DNA from: Pseudomonadota bacterium
GTDB taxonomy: Bacteria; Myxococcota; JACRCW01; JAFGSX01
NCBI GenBank assembly: GCA_043821645.1
Contig: JBDRCO010000108.1
Coordinates: 1-64,000 of the forward strand
DNA: 64,000 bases
Direction: 5' to 3'
The first letter of the stretch is position 1, and each line of letters starts with the position of its first letter. Below are positions 46,329 through 55,690 of the stretch, piece by piece. The notes beneath the pieces were generated by a model. The model was not told the origin of the DNA. It saw only the letters and a program-made list of their open reading frames with translations, and did not search any database. The position numbers and the translations under genes were made by a program.

Positions 46329-48544
46329 GCGTGCTCCTCGCCGCGCAGGGTCTGCAGCTCCGCGAATAGCTCCTGCTGAAACTGCAGCGAATGGTCCACC
46401 GCGTCCCGGGTCTGGTCCAGGTACTCGGCCAGTTGATCCACGCTGGCGTGGCCCAGCTCGCGCAGGGTGCCATCGAGGCGTCCGAGCTGATCGAACCAGC
46501 GCTCGCTGCCCTCACGATAGCGGTCGACGGCCCGCACCAGCAGTTCGGCAGCCAGGGTCAACTCGCCGCCACCGACTCCGAGCAGCAACACCACCTCGTT
46601 CAGCAAACTTGCGAGGCCATCGAGCTCGCGGCGTGGGCCCTCGATGGCGGTGCGCAGCGACTCCGCCAGGCGCATGCCTTCGTCGGAGCGCGCCACGGCC
46701 AGCCGCTCCTCGAGGTCGACCATGGCCGCGTGCTGGCTCGCCACGGCCTGCCCTACCTGGGTGGCCAGCGCGGCCAGGCGCGCACCCTCGACCTCCCGTG
46801 CCGTCGTCAGCCGCTCCTCGAGTTCGACCAGTCCCTGCTGCTGGCTCGCCATGGCCTGCCCCACCTGGGCGGCGAGCGTGGCCAGGTGCTCGTCGGTGTG
46901 CTGGCGCGAACGTTCGAGCTGCTCGGCGCTGCGCGTGGCCAGGGTCGCCAGAGCCTCCGCCTGGCCCCGGGTCGCACTGTCGAGGGCACTGGCAGTCCGG
47001 GCGAAGCTCTGCTGCAGGTCCCCGGCGCGGCCCGACGCCTGAGCGTCCAGCTGCTCGAGGGTCGCGCACATGGCCTCGACCTGGTGCTGCAGCGCCGCAG
47101 CCTGGGCTTCGACGTGGTGTTGCAACGCCGCGGTCTGGGCCTCGCCCTGGGCACGCCACTGGGCCAGGGCCTCGGCCGTGCTCTCGAGCCCACCGCGCAG
47201 CGCCTCGGTCCGGACACGCTCCACCTCGTGCATCCATGCTTGCTGGAGTGCGCGCTGGTCCTCCAGCAGCTGGCCCGTGCGCTCCAGCTGCCCCTCGATG
47301 GCCAGCGCCGCATGCTCGCCCAGGGTCTGCCCCAGAGGAGCCAGCACCTCGCGCAGCGCGATGGCCACGCGTTCGGTGCCCTCGACGATGCGCTGCTGGA
47401 TCTCGGCCGACCCGTCGCGCCAGCTGCGACTCATGTCGTCGTGGAGCGCCGCGGTCGCGGCCTGGAGATCCTGGCCGAGCGTCTGCAAGGTCGTTGCACT
47501 CTGGGCGAGAAGGTCCAGCTGGCGTGCCGAGTCCGCGGCGAGCGTCGAGCTCAGCCCGGCCACGGCATCCTGCAGGGCCGTGCTGCTGTCTCGTGTCGAG
47601 ACACGCTGCTCGTCGCGCAATGTCGTCGAGAGAGCGGCGATGGAGCTCACCAGGGCCTGACCCTGGGTCTGCAACTGCGCGTTGAGCACCTCGCCAGCAC
47701 CCGAGACAGCCGCTGCCTGGGCTTCGAGCTGGGCCTGGTGATTGTCCCGCAGGACCCGATCGAGCTGGCTGAGCTGTGTGGCCTGGGTCTCGAGCTGCTG
47801 CTGCTGCGCCCGCGCCAGGTTGGTCTCGAGTGCCGCCATGCGCTCCACCGCCTGGTTCAGCGCCTCGGCGGCACGCGGCAGGGCCTCGCTGCCCTTCGCC
47901 ATGGCCTCGATGGCGGCGAGCTGGCGTGCATCGGGACCCTGGCTGGCCAGGGGACCTGCGACCCAGCGCTCGAGCTGGAGCTGCAAGAAGCGCTGGCGCC
48001 GCGCGCCGACCACGGCAGCCAGACCCAGGGCGGCAGAACCCGCCACGCCGGCCAGCGATGTGCCGAAGGCGCGGCTGAGCCCACCCAGGGGGCTCAGCAG
48101 GGCGGCGCGCATGGCGTCGATGTCACTGGTCGTGGCCAGGGCCGCGCGGGCTCCCCCCAAGGTCTGCACCAGACCGAGAAAGGTTCCGACCAGACCGAGC
48201 ATGACCAGCAGACCCACCAGATAAGGAGCGAACACCGGTTGAGGCCAGGCCGCGGCGCGGCGGTGCAAGGTCGCCTCCAGCAAGCCCCGGACGGGTGCCG
48301 GTGCCGCGCCGGGACCCTCGCCGACACGGCTCTCGAAGGCGCGAAAGGCCAGGTCCAGACCGTCGAGGGCGGCGGCGACGCGATCCAGCTCCAGCAAGCC
48401 CGCCAGCAGCCCCGCCCCCACCAGAAGCACCAGCACCAGGGCGGTGGTGTCCTCGCCGCGGTAACTCAACGCCACCGGCAGCACCAGTCCCAGACCCAGG
48501 GCCCCCACGAGCCACGTCATCAGGCGTGTCATGTGCGCTCTCAC
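46325..48544 (-). CDS. zorA: MotA/TolQ-like membrane protein with a long cytoplasmic helical tail (ZorA/DUF802-like)
   Basis: PYLVGLLVMLGLVGTFLGLV.TL.GA and PL.GL..AFGTSLAGVAGSA.LGL motifs, followed by about 500 aa of Ala/Gln/Leu-rich helix. Confidence 0.75.
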   Translation of the reverse strand: MRAHMTRLMTWLVGALGLGLVLPVALSYRGEDTTALVLVLLVGAGLLAGLLELDRVAAALDGLDLAFRAFESRVGEGPGAAPAPVRGLLEATLHRRAAAWPQPVFAPYLVGLLVMLGLVGTFLGLVQTLGGARAALATTSDIDAMRAALLSPLGGLSRAFGTSLAGVAGSAALGLAAVVGARRQRFLQLQLERWVAGPLASQGPDARQLAAIEAMAKGSEALPRAAEALNQAVERMAALETNLARAQQQQLETQATQLSQLDRVLRDNHQAQLEAQAAAVSGAGEVLNAQLQTQGQALVSSIAALSTTLRDEQRVSTRDSSTALQDAVAGLSSTLAADSARQLDLLAQSATTLQTLGQDLQAATAALHDDMSRSWRDGSAEIQQRIVEGTERVAIALREVLAPLGQTLGEHAALAIEGQLERTGQLLEDQRALQQAWMHEVERVRTEALRGGLESTAEALAQWRAQGEAQTAALQHHVEAQAAALQHQVEAMCATLEQLDAQASGRAGDLQQSFARTASALDSATRGQAEALATLATRSAEQLERSRQHTDEHLATLAAQVGQAMASQQQGLVELEERLTTAREVEGARLAALATQVGQAVASQHAAMVDLEERLAVARSDEGMRLAESLRTAIEGPRRELDGLASLLNEVVLLLGVGGGELTLAAELLVRAVDRYREGSERWFDQLGRLDGTLRELGHASVDQLAEYLDQTRDAVDHSLQFQQELFAELQTLRGEEHA

Positions 48545-49425
48545 GCGTCGGCGAGGGCCAGCTCGCCGTCCGCTCCGTCGTGATTCATTTTTGTCGTCGG
48601 TTCTGCACTCGCTCGCAGCAGGGCGTCGATGCGCGAGCGCGCCAGGACGAGCATGGTCTGCGCCACCTGCTGCCCGAGCTCGAAGTGCACATGCACCCAG
48701 CCACCTGGCTCGAGGACCACGGCCAGGGCTTCGGGCGAGGACACCGGGCCGGAGCCCAGGGCCAGCTGCAGCCCACGTTCAAAGGCGGCATGGTAGGCCA
48801 CCACCAGGCGCGCTTGCAGGCGCTCGAGGTCGCCGTGTGTCGCCGCCAGCAGAGCCGCATCCAGCCTCTCCAGTCGCACCTGCCGCGGGCCCAGTGTGCG
48901 CAGGGCAGCGCCCAGGGGACGCCGCACGCGGGCCACCTCTCGCGGGATGAGCAGCAGGGCCTGTCGCAGGCGCAGGTCGAAGGGTGCAGCCATGCGATCC
49001 ACCTGGCTGGTGTCCAGGGCACCGCGCGCCGTCAGTACACGATGCAGGCGGAACGGCGACAGCATGCCACCCACACCCGCACCCTGGAGCTGGACCTGCA
49101 GCAGATTGGCCACACCCGCCAGCTCTTCCCGCGCCCTGGCGCGGATGCCCTCGAGGGTCGCGGGCCAGGGCCTCTCGTCCGTCTCCGACGTGGCGGCCGC
49201 TGCCTCCACACCCTCTGGCGACTGCGCTACGCCCGACCGCAGGGCAGCCTCGAGCGCGATACCACCGCGGAAATCGATGAGCGAGGTCAGGAAGACCGCG
49301 GGGTCCACGCCACGCTCCATCCCGAGAGCTTCGCGCTGGCCGGTGGACTGGCCAAGCAGGGCTCCCGCCAGGCGAAGGCGACGCACCACCGTGTCCAGGC
49401 TATCGACAAAGAGATCGAGCTGCAT
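48541..49425 (-). CDS. First gene of the Zorya-like operon (position of DUF3348/ZorF)
   Basis: Translationally coupled to zorA; helical protein ending ...SRIDALLRA. Assignment rests mainly on gene order. Confidence 0.5.
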   Translation of the reverse strand: MQLDLFVDSLDTVVRRLRLAGALLGQSTGQREALGMERGVDPAVFLTSLIDFRGGIALEAALRSGVAQSPEGVEAAAATSETDERPWPATLEGIRARAREELAGVANLLQVQLQGAGVGGMLSPFRLHRVLTARGALDTSQVDRMAAPFDLRLRQALLLIPREVARVRRPLGAALRTLGPRQVRLERLDAALLAATHGDLERLQARLVVAYHAAFERGLQLALGSGPVSSPEALAVVLEPGGWVHVHFELGQQVAQTMLVLARSRIDALLRASAEPTTKMNHDGADGELALADA

Positions 49426-49539
49426 GAGGGGTGCGTGCCTAGCGCCTCTTCACCGGCGTGGCAAGTCGCGAAGACGGTTCCGCGGCAGGGCGCTGATCCT
49501 GGCTTGACGGCGTGCACCCCACGTGACCATCCCTTGTGC

Positions 49540-50703
49540 ATGACAAGCGACCGACAGCACCCGACCACTCCCGCGCACACCACCGCCCAGGCAGCGGGCG
49601 GGAGCTGATGCGCGAGCGCGCCGACCCGGGTGGTCAGGCCACGGCTGGATCAAGCTTTTGTCGACGGTGTGGTCCCCACGGCCGTGGGCCTGGTGCCCCG
49701 CGTCACCTCGCTCCTGAGCAGTGCGGATCGATGGAATGCCACCAAGGTGCGCTGGCGCTTCGGCCGCGACGACTACCGCGTGGATCCCGGCCTGTATGCC
49801 CTCCACCATCCGGATGCCGACGCGCCTGTGCTGGTCACCGCCAACTACAAGCTCAGCTTCGACGCACTGCGTGAGCCGCTGGCCGAGCTCAACGCGTGGA
49901 TCCTCGTGCTCGACACCCGTGGCATCAACGTCTGGTGCGCCGCCGGCAAGGGAAGCTTCTCCACCGACGAGGTGGTGCGCCAGGTCGAGGCGAGCCGCCT
50001 GGCCAGCCTGGTCTCGCACCGCACCCTGGTGCTGCCCCAGCTCGGCGCGCCCGGCGTGGCCGCCCACGAGGTCAAGTCCGGCTGCGGCTTCAAGGTGCGC
50101 TACGGCCCCATCCGCAGCGACGATGTGCCGGCCTTTCTGGCGGCGGGTTCGCGCGCAACGGCGCAGATGCGACGCAAGAGCTTTGACCTGCGCGAGCGGG
50201 TCACCCTGATCCCGGTCGAGCTGGTGGGCGCCTTGCCGGCGGCGGCGGGCGTGCTGATCGGCGCGGTGCTGCTGGCCGCCCTGGTCTGGCCTGGATCCCT
50301 GGCCACCGCGGCCCGGGATCACGGGCTGCCCCTGGCCCTGTCCACGCTGCTCGGATTGATCGGCGGCGCGGTGCTGGTGCCGACGCTGCTGCCCTGGCTG
50401 CCCGGACGCGCCTTCGCCTTCAAGGGGCTGCTCGCGGGTCTGCCGCTGGTGCTGATCCTGGTGGCGCTGCTTCGCCCAGAGCACTGGTCGCTATCGACGG
50501 GGTTGGAGGCCATGGCCTGGGTGGCTTTGACCGCGGCCGTGGCCAGCTACCTGGGCATGATGTTCACGGGTTCGAGCAGTTTCACTTCGCTCTCCGGCGT
50601 GCGGCGGGAAATGCGCCTGGCGGTGCCGCTCCAGCTGGCGGGGCTGGTCGTCGCCGTGGCGACCTGGGTGGGTGCTCGCGTCGTCGCGGGAGGTGGCACG
50701 TGA
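49540..50703 (+). CDS. hgcA: Mercury methylation corrinoid protein HgcA (core 49630-50703; probable N-terminal extension from ATG 49540 with Sec at TGA 49606-49608)
   Basis: Y.V.PGLY, PVLVTANYKLSFD, cap-helix motif GINVWCAAGKG, LPQLGAPGVAAH, GPIR..D, C-terminal TM helices and FTGSS.FTSLSGV..EM. Confidence 0.95.
49620..49639 (+). promoter_or_regulatory. Candidate bacterial SECIS hairpin for hgcA
   Basis: GCC-GACC-CGGGT-GGTC-A-GGC stem-loop with a G-rich loop, starting 11 nt after the in-frame TGA. Confidence 0.5.
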
Positions 50704-51020
50704 GCGCGATGCTGTACCTGCGCGACGTCGTCAGCCTGACGCTGGACCGCGAGCGCTGCACAGGGTGCCGCATGTGCACCCGCGTGTGCCCGCATGCGGT
50801 GTTCACCGTCGACGACGGCAAGGCCCTGATCGTGCAGCGTGATGCCTGCATGGAGTGCGGGGCCTGTGCTCGGAACTGCGAGGCCGGCGCACTTGCCGTG
50901 ACCGCGGGCGTGGGCTGCGCCGCGGCGGTGGTCAACGGACTGCTTGGCCGCTCGGGGGGCGACTGCTGCTGCGTGGTGGACGGTGACGGCAGCCCTCGGA
51001 CCTCGTCAGATTGCTGCTGA
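50700..51020 (+). CDS. hgcB: 2x[4Fe-4S] ferredoxin HgcB
   Basis: CTGCRMCTRVCP and DACMECGACARNC, GVGCAAA, Cys-rich tail (CCC...CC). GTGA overlap with hgcA. Confidence 0.95.
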   Translation: MSAMLYLRDVVSLTLDRERCTGCRMCTRVCPHAVFTVDDGKALIVQRDACMECGACARNCEAGALAVTAGVGCAAAVVNGLLGRSGGDCCCVVDGDGSPRTSSDCC

Positions 51021-51225
51021 AGCCGCGCGACAGGTAGGACCTTCGAATACATCCACTCCCATCTCCCATCCGTCATGTGTCCGAGATCCGTGGTCAACAC
51101 CCACCAGATCGTCGATACACTGAAGAGCCCTTGGTTTGCGCCGCACACGATGAGGTGCGCGCGGGAGAAGGGCACTGAGTGGGATGGCCTACTCGGATCT
51201 CGGACCACGCACAGGGGAGTCCATC

Positions 51226-53730
51226 ATGACCACCGTCCGCAGCAGCACCAGCGTTCCGCCCAAGCCGGTCGCGCCGAAACCCACCACGCCTGCGGTCGGC
51301 GACGACACTCCCCAGCGCAAACCCAGCCAGCCCCCCCCAGCCAACGACGCCAAACCGGGCAGCACCTACACCGTCAAGCCCGGCGACACCCTGAGCAAGA
51401 TCGCCAAAGAGGCCTACGGCGATCCCATGCGCTGGCCTGACATCGCCCGCGCCAACCAGGACAAGCTCAGCGACCCCAACCACATCGCGCCTGGCCAGAA
51501 GCTCAAGCTGCCCCAGCTCGATCCCGCGGATCCCGTGCGCGCGGCCAAGGCCGAGAAGGCCAAGGAGATGTGGGAAGCCCACACCGACCCGGGGATGCTC
51601 AAGCCCATGCCCGAGAAGGATCCACGACTGGACCATCCGGCCGCCAACCGCGTGCCCGAGCTCAAGCGGGGCCTCACCAACGTCGAACAGGCACCCCAGG
51701 GCACGGCGGCCCAGCGCAGTGCACCGACGCCGACCGGAGCGCCCCCGCCCGAGCAGGGAGCTCCAGGCTCGTCGGTCAGCACCCCGGCCCCCACGGCCAG
51801 CGCGCCCCCATCGCCTGGTGGGCTGACGCCCGAGCAACAGCGGCAGGTCGACGACGCTGCGAACCGCATCAACGGCGCGGCCAACAACATCCAGGGCACG
51901 GACAGACCCTACGAGGGCAGCGGAAGCGAGAAGAACGCTCGACGCGAGGCGACTCTCGAGGCCAGCCGCACCCTCGACGAGACCCTGCGCAGCGTGCCAC
52001 CCGAGCTGCGCGACGACGTGCTGCAACAGACCCAGGGTGCCGTCGACAAGATTGGCCGCGGCATGACCATCCTCGACGGCAATGGAACCCAGGAGGCCGC
52101 CAGGAACCTCGCCAGCGCCACCGAGGCTGCGGGCCGCGACAACGCCCACCTGATCACCGATCCCATGGCCAAGGTCATCTCATCCGGAGGCATGGAGGAG
52201 CACGGCAGCTTCCTCGGCAGGGACGACCACCGCAGCGAGCAGGAGTTCGTCAACGGCGTGCGTGGCAACATGGCGCAACCAGGCGGTGACCTGTTCGCGC
52301 GCTCGATGGCCAACTCGCTGATGAAGGAAAACGACGTCGAGTTCGCTCATTCCGTCGCCACGGGCGGCGACGTACCAGGCAAGAACTGGGCGGAGCGAGC
52401 CGGCGACATGATCGGCAGTGGCGTCGACGCCGTGCAGGGCATGGCCGGCGACGTGGCCGATTTCGTTGGCGACGTCGCCAACGTCGGTGGCGACTGGATC
52501 CGCGATCGCGCGGCCGACCTCACCGGCGTCGAGAACCGCATCAACGAGATGGACTCGACCGGCGACAAGTTCACCGTGGGCCTGGGCGGCGAGCTGGGCG
52601 CCTTCGGCGTGCAGGGTGGCGCCGCCGCGCAGATGGACGTGGAGAAGACCGACGAGGGTTACAGGATGACCCTCAGCGGCGAGATCTCGGCGGGGGTGTT
52701 CGCCGAGCTCGACATCCCGGGTCTCGCCGACGCCGGGGCCGAAGCCAATGCCACCGGCAAGGTCTCGGTGGAGATGAACTTTGCGACCCGTGAGGAGGCG
52801 GTCCAGGCCGCCAGGACCATCGCCGGCATCACAGCCTCCGCGGCGGCGGGCGGGCCTGTGGGTGCCGCCCTGACCACGGCCACCGCAGGGGACGAACTTG
52901 CGAACATCCACGACCACATCTCCAAGACCCGTGTCGAGCTGGAACTGTCCGGCGAGGTCTCGGCCAGTCTCGGCAGTGAGGGCGGGCTGGGCTTTGGCGG
53001 TGGCGGCCGCATCGAGGCCAGCAACAGCCTGGCCGTCGAGTGGAAGCCTGGCGAGACACCGGAACTCGTGCTGCAGCAGGAACTGAGCGGCAGTGCCAGC
53101 CTCAACCTTGGACCCAATGCCAGGATCCCGGGCACCAACAGCACCCTCAACCTGGCCAGCGCCGGCGCCAACGGCTCGGTCTCCCTCGAGACTCGCCTGC
53201 CCGTGCCAGGCCTGGACCTGGGCGATCTGCGCAACGACCCGCTGGGGACCATCCGCAACATCGGCCAGGACATCAAGGACAACGCCACCACCAAGATATC
53301 CATGAACGTGGACGTCAATGCGGGCACGGGGCTCAAGATTGGCGACGTCAACATCGGCCAGGGCGGCGGGCTCAACGTGTCCGTGAGCGCCGAGGCCAGA
53401 ACCCGGGATCTGACGGACGCCCTGGGTCAGGTCTTCGACGGCGACCTGGGCGGCGCCATCCGCACCCTGGGCGACCGCACCAACCTCGACATCGAGATCA
53501 ATGCCTTCGAGAAGAGCGGGCTCAACATCGACGAGTCGTTCTCGGCCGGCGTGTTCAAGGTCGGGGTCAAGGCCCAGTACGAGAGCCGCAACGAGACCGA
53601 CATCTTCAGCTTCGAGGGCACGGCGAGCGAGCTGTACGACCAGGCCGGCGAGTTCTTCGACAGCCTGAGCCTGAGTGGGTCGAGCCCCGAGGGCGACAGC
53701 AGGGGCGGCGGCGCCGGCGGGTCCTGGTAG
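51226..53730 (+). CDS. Large LysM-domain protein without a signal peptide; helical middle and beta-rich C-terminal half
   Basis: YTVKPGDTLSKIA...YGD..RW..IA.AN......P..I.PGQKL.LP; GGGGAG RBS. Confidence 0.8.
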   Translation: MTTVRSSTSVPPKPVAPKPTTPAVGDDTPQRKPSQPPPANDAKPGSTYTVKPGDTLSKIAKEAYGDPMRWPDIARANQDKLSDPNHIAPGQKLKLPQLDPADPVRAAKAEKAKEMWEAHTDPGMLKPMPEKDPRLDHPAANRVPELKRGLTNVEQAPQGTAAQRSAPTPTGAPPPEQGAPGSSVSTPAPTASAPPSPGGLTPEQQRQVDDAANRINGAANNIQGTDRPYEGSGSEKNARREATLEASRTLDETLRSVPPELRDDVLQQTQGAVDKIGRGMTILDGNGTQEAARNLASATEAAGRDNAHLITDPMAKVISSGGMEEHGSFLGRDDHRSEQEFVNGVRGNMAQPGGDLFARSMANSLMKENDVEFAHSVATGGDVPGKNWAERAGDMIGSGVDAVQGMAGDVADFVGDVANVGGDWIRDRAADLTGVENRINEMDSTGDKFTVGLGGELGAFGVQGGAAAQMDVEKTDEGYRMTLSGEISAGVFAELDIPGLADAGAEANATGKVSVEMNFATREEAVQAARTIAGITASAAAGGPVGAALTTATAGDELANIHDHISKTRVELELSGEVSASLGSEGGLGFGGGGRIEASNSLAVEWKPGETPELVLQQELSGSASLNLGPNARIPGTNSTLNLASAGANGSVSLETRLPVPGLDLGDLRNDPLGTIRNIGQDIKDNATTKISMNVDVNAGTGLKIGDVNIGQGGGLNVSVSAEARTRDLTDALGQVFDGDLGGAIRTLGDRTNLDIEINAFEKSGLNIDESFSAGVFKVGVKAQYESRNETDIFSFEGTASELYDQAGEFFDSLSLSGSSPEGDSRGGGAGGSW

Positions 53731-53772
53731 ACCCGTCCCGTCGAGGTCCACCGCGCATCCTGCGCACCGCGC

Positions 53773-55602
53773 TCACGGACACTGGTGCCACTCGTACGAG
53801 GTATACGGCGTGGCATCGCCGTTGAGGTCGACCACGGCGTCGGTTCCGATGTTGAAGTTGGACGCGCTGCGCTGCCCGCAGGTGAAGCTGGCCGAAGTCG
53901 GCGAGCCGCTCACGCTGTTTTGGTAGACCACGATGGGGTGCTGGATCGTGCCTGCACCGTCGATATTGAGCCCGACCTTGCCGTTGACGACGGTGTTTCC
54001 GTGAACGCTGCCGCCCAGGGTATTGACCGACAGGTACCAGGCATGCGGGCCCAGGTTGATACCGAAGTGGCACAGGTGGGAGCCGCACTCGACGACGTTG
54101 CCGCTGACCTCCGCGCCAGCAAAGTCGCCCGAGGTCCCCGCGTTGAAGTTGTCGAGCATCAGCCCGGCGTAGGTCGTGGCCTGGCGGTGCTCGATGCGAT
54201 TGCCACTGACCAGCGTGCCTGAGCCACCGCCGAGGATCAGGTCCACGTCGCTGTTGTCCCTGAACAGGTTGCCCGTGACGGTAGAGTTGTTGGCCTCGTG
54301 AATGGTCAGGCCGTCGGACCACATCATGTGCGTGTCGTGGTCGCCGTTGTCCTCGAACAGGTTGCCGATCAGGGTCGCCGCGTGGCCACGCCACTCCATG
54401 CCGGTGCCGCAGAGCGCGCGGATCGATGCGTTGTAGCTGAAGTCGTGGCCGTCGCCGCGGGCGATGGCATTGAAGCCAACCCGATTATTGCCTCCCGCGC
54501 AGCCCGAAGCCGCTGTGGAGCCCAGGCGCGCCGCGCGGTTGCCGTCCAGCACCAGGTGACGGGCTGTGACGTTGCTGGCCGGGTCGACGATCTGAAAGAA
54601 GCCGTTTGTCACGTCGAGATCGGGCGCAGCCATGAGCACCGCGCAGGGCTGTGCGCCCTGGCGCAGGCAGCCCGTGCTCGAACCCGCGGTGCCTGCCGTG
54701 CGCAAGGTCAACGAGCGCGCCAGCACCACCGCGCCTGTCATCCGGTAGAAGCCCGCGGGGATCTCCAGCGTGCCGCCGCTGGCGGTGGCGTCGATGCACT
54801 GCTGCAGCGCCGCAGTGGCAGAGCTGGCACCGGACAGGTCCGCGTTCACCCCCGGGCAGATCTCGGTCATCCCGCCCGTCGCCACCACGGTGATGCTGTG
54901 CAGCGGACTCGCCTCGTTGGTCAGCCAGGTCACGCCCTCGTGCACGATGGCCCACTGGTAGCCAAAGGCACCCAGCACGCCGGGCGCGGCGATGGCAAAG
55001 TCGATGCGCACTTGCTCGTGCACCTGCACGTCGGCGGGCAGGGCAAAGCGGTTGCTGCCCCAGCGCTTGTTGTCCTGCGGGCCCAGGGAGCCCAGCTTGT
55101 GGCCACTCGGCGCGTTCACCGGCACGGCGGTCCACGGCCCGCTGCCGCAGTTGGCAAAGGTCACCGACACGGCGAGCGGCTGCCCCGGCGTCACCTGAGC
55201 GGGCGGCGCTGTCTCGGTGACGAAGCGGACCGGGGCCGAGCCACTGGCACAGGCGGCGTAGGGCGTCACCACAGCCCCAGCATCCAGTGCTGGGCTGGCA
55301 TCGGCTTCCACGCCCAAGTCCGTGCCGGTCGCCACATCGACCATCACCGGAATGTCGGGCAGGGCTGTCCGGTCGGCGGTCGAGGCACTGTCCGTGGCGG
55401 ACACCACATCTGCCCTCGAACTGGTGTCGGAGCCGTGAGCCACATCGGGATCACCTGGGGTCGCATCCGCGTGAACCTGACTCGTGTCCGCGCTACCCGT
55501 CGCGTCGCCAGGCCCCGCATCGCGCACCGAGGCGTCGTTGAGGATGGCCGCCGGGCTGCAGGCGCACATGCCAATCACGAGCAGTGAGCTGAACCGTCGC
55601 AT
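53773..55602 (-). CDS. Lipoprotein with an NBR1-like Ig domain and a right-handed parallel beta-helix
   Basis: Lipobox-like CACS, DA/DT-rich spacer, V.PG......VTF.N.G...W motif, ALQQCID....GGTL.IPAG.Y and repeated V.GN.F..N units. Confidence 0.75.
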   Translation of the reverse strand: MRRFSSLLVIGMCACSPAAILNDASVRDAGPGDATGSADTSQVHADATPGDPDVAHGSDTSSRADVVSATDSASTADRTALPDIPVMVDVATGTDLGVEADASPALDAGAVVTPYAACASGSAPVRFVTETAPPAQVTPGQPLAVSVTFANCGSGPWTAVPVNAPSGHKLGSLGPQDNKRWGSNRFALPADVQVHEQVRIDFAIAAPGVLGAFGYQWAIVHEGVTWLTNEASPLHSITVVATGGMTEICPGVNADLSGASSATAALQQCIDATASGGTLEIPAGFYRMTGAVVLARSLTLRTAGTAGSSTGCLRQGAQPCAVLMAAPDLDVTNGFFQIVDPASNVTARHLVLDGNRAARLGSTAASGCAGGNNRVGFNAIARGDGHDFSYNASIRALCGTGMEWRGHAATLIGNLFEDNGDHDTHMMWSDGLTIHEANNSTVTGNLFRDNSDVDLILGGGSGTLVSGNRIEHRQATTYAGLMLDNFNAGTSGDFAGAEVSGNVVECGSHLCHFGINLGPHAWYLSVNTLGGSVHGNTVVNGKVGLNIDGAGTIQHPIVVYQNSVSGSPTSASFTCGQRSASNFNIGTDAVVDLNGDATPYTSYEWHQCP

Positions 55603-55690
55603 GGGCCTCCCCGAGTCGCGCGGGTCGCCATCGCATTGTACCCGGAGCAGACGCCCTGGTGCGTCGAGCCCGAGATCGGTCGCCACACGA

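Noticed and set aside
45624-48544. Flagellar MotAB or Tol/Exb/gliding motor
   Set aside because: The very long tail on the MotA-like subunit and the coupled flanking genes fit a Zorya-type system; no flagellar or tonB/tol genes are adjacent.
49630-50703. Acetyl-CoA synthase corrinoid subunit (CdhE/AcsC)
   Set aside because: The NVWCAAGK cap helix, C-terminal TM helices and adjacent hgcB identify HgcA.
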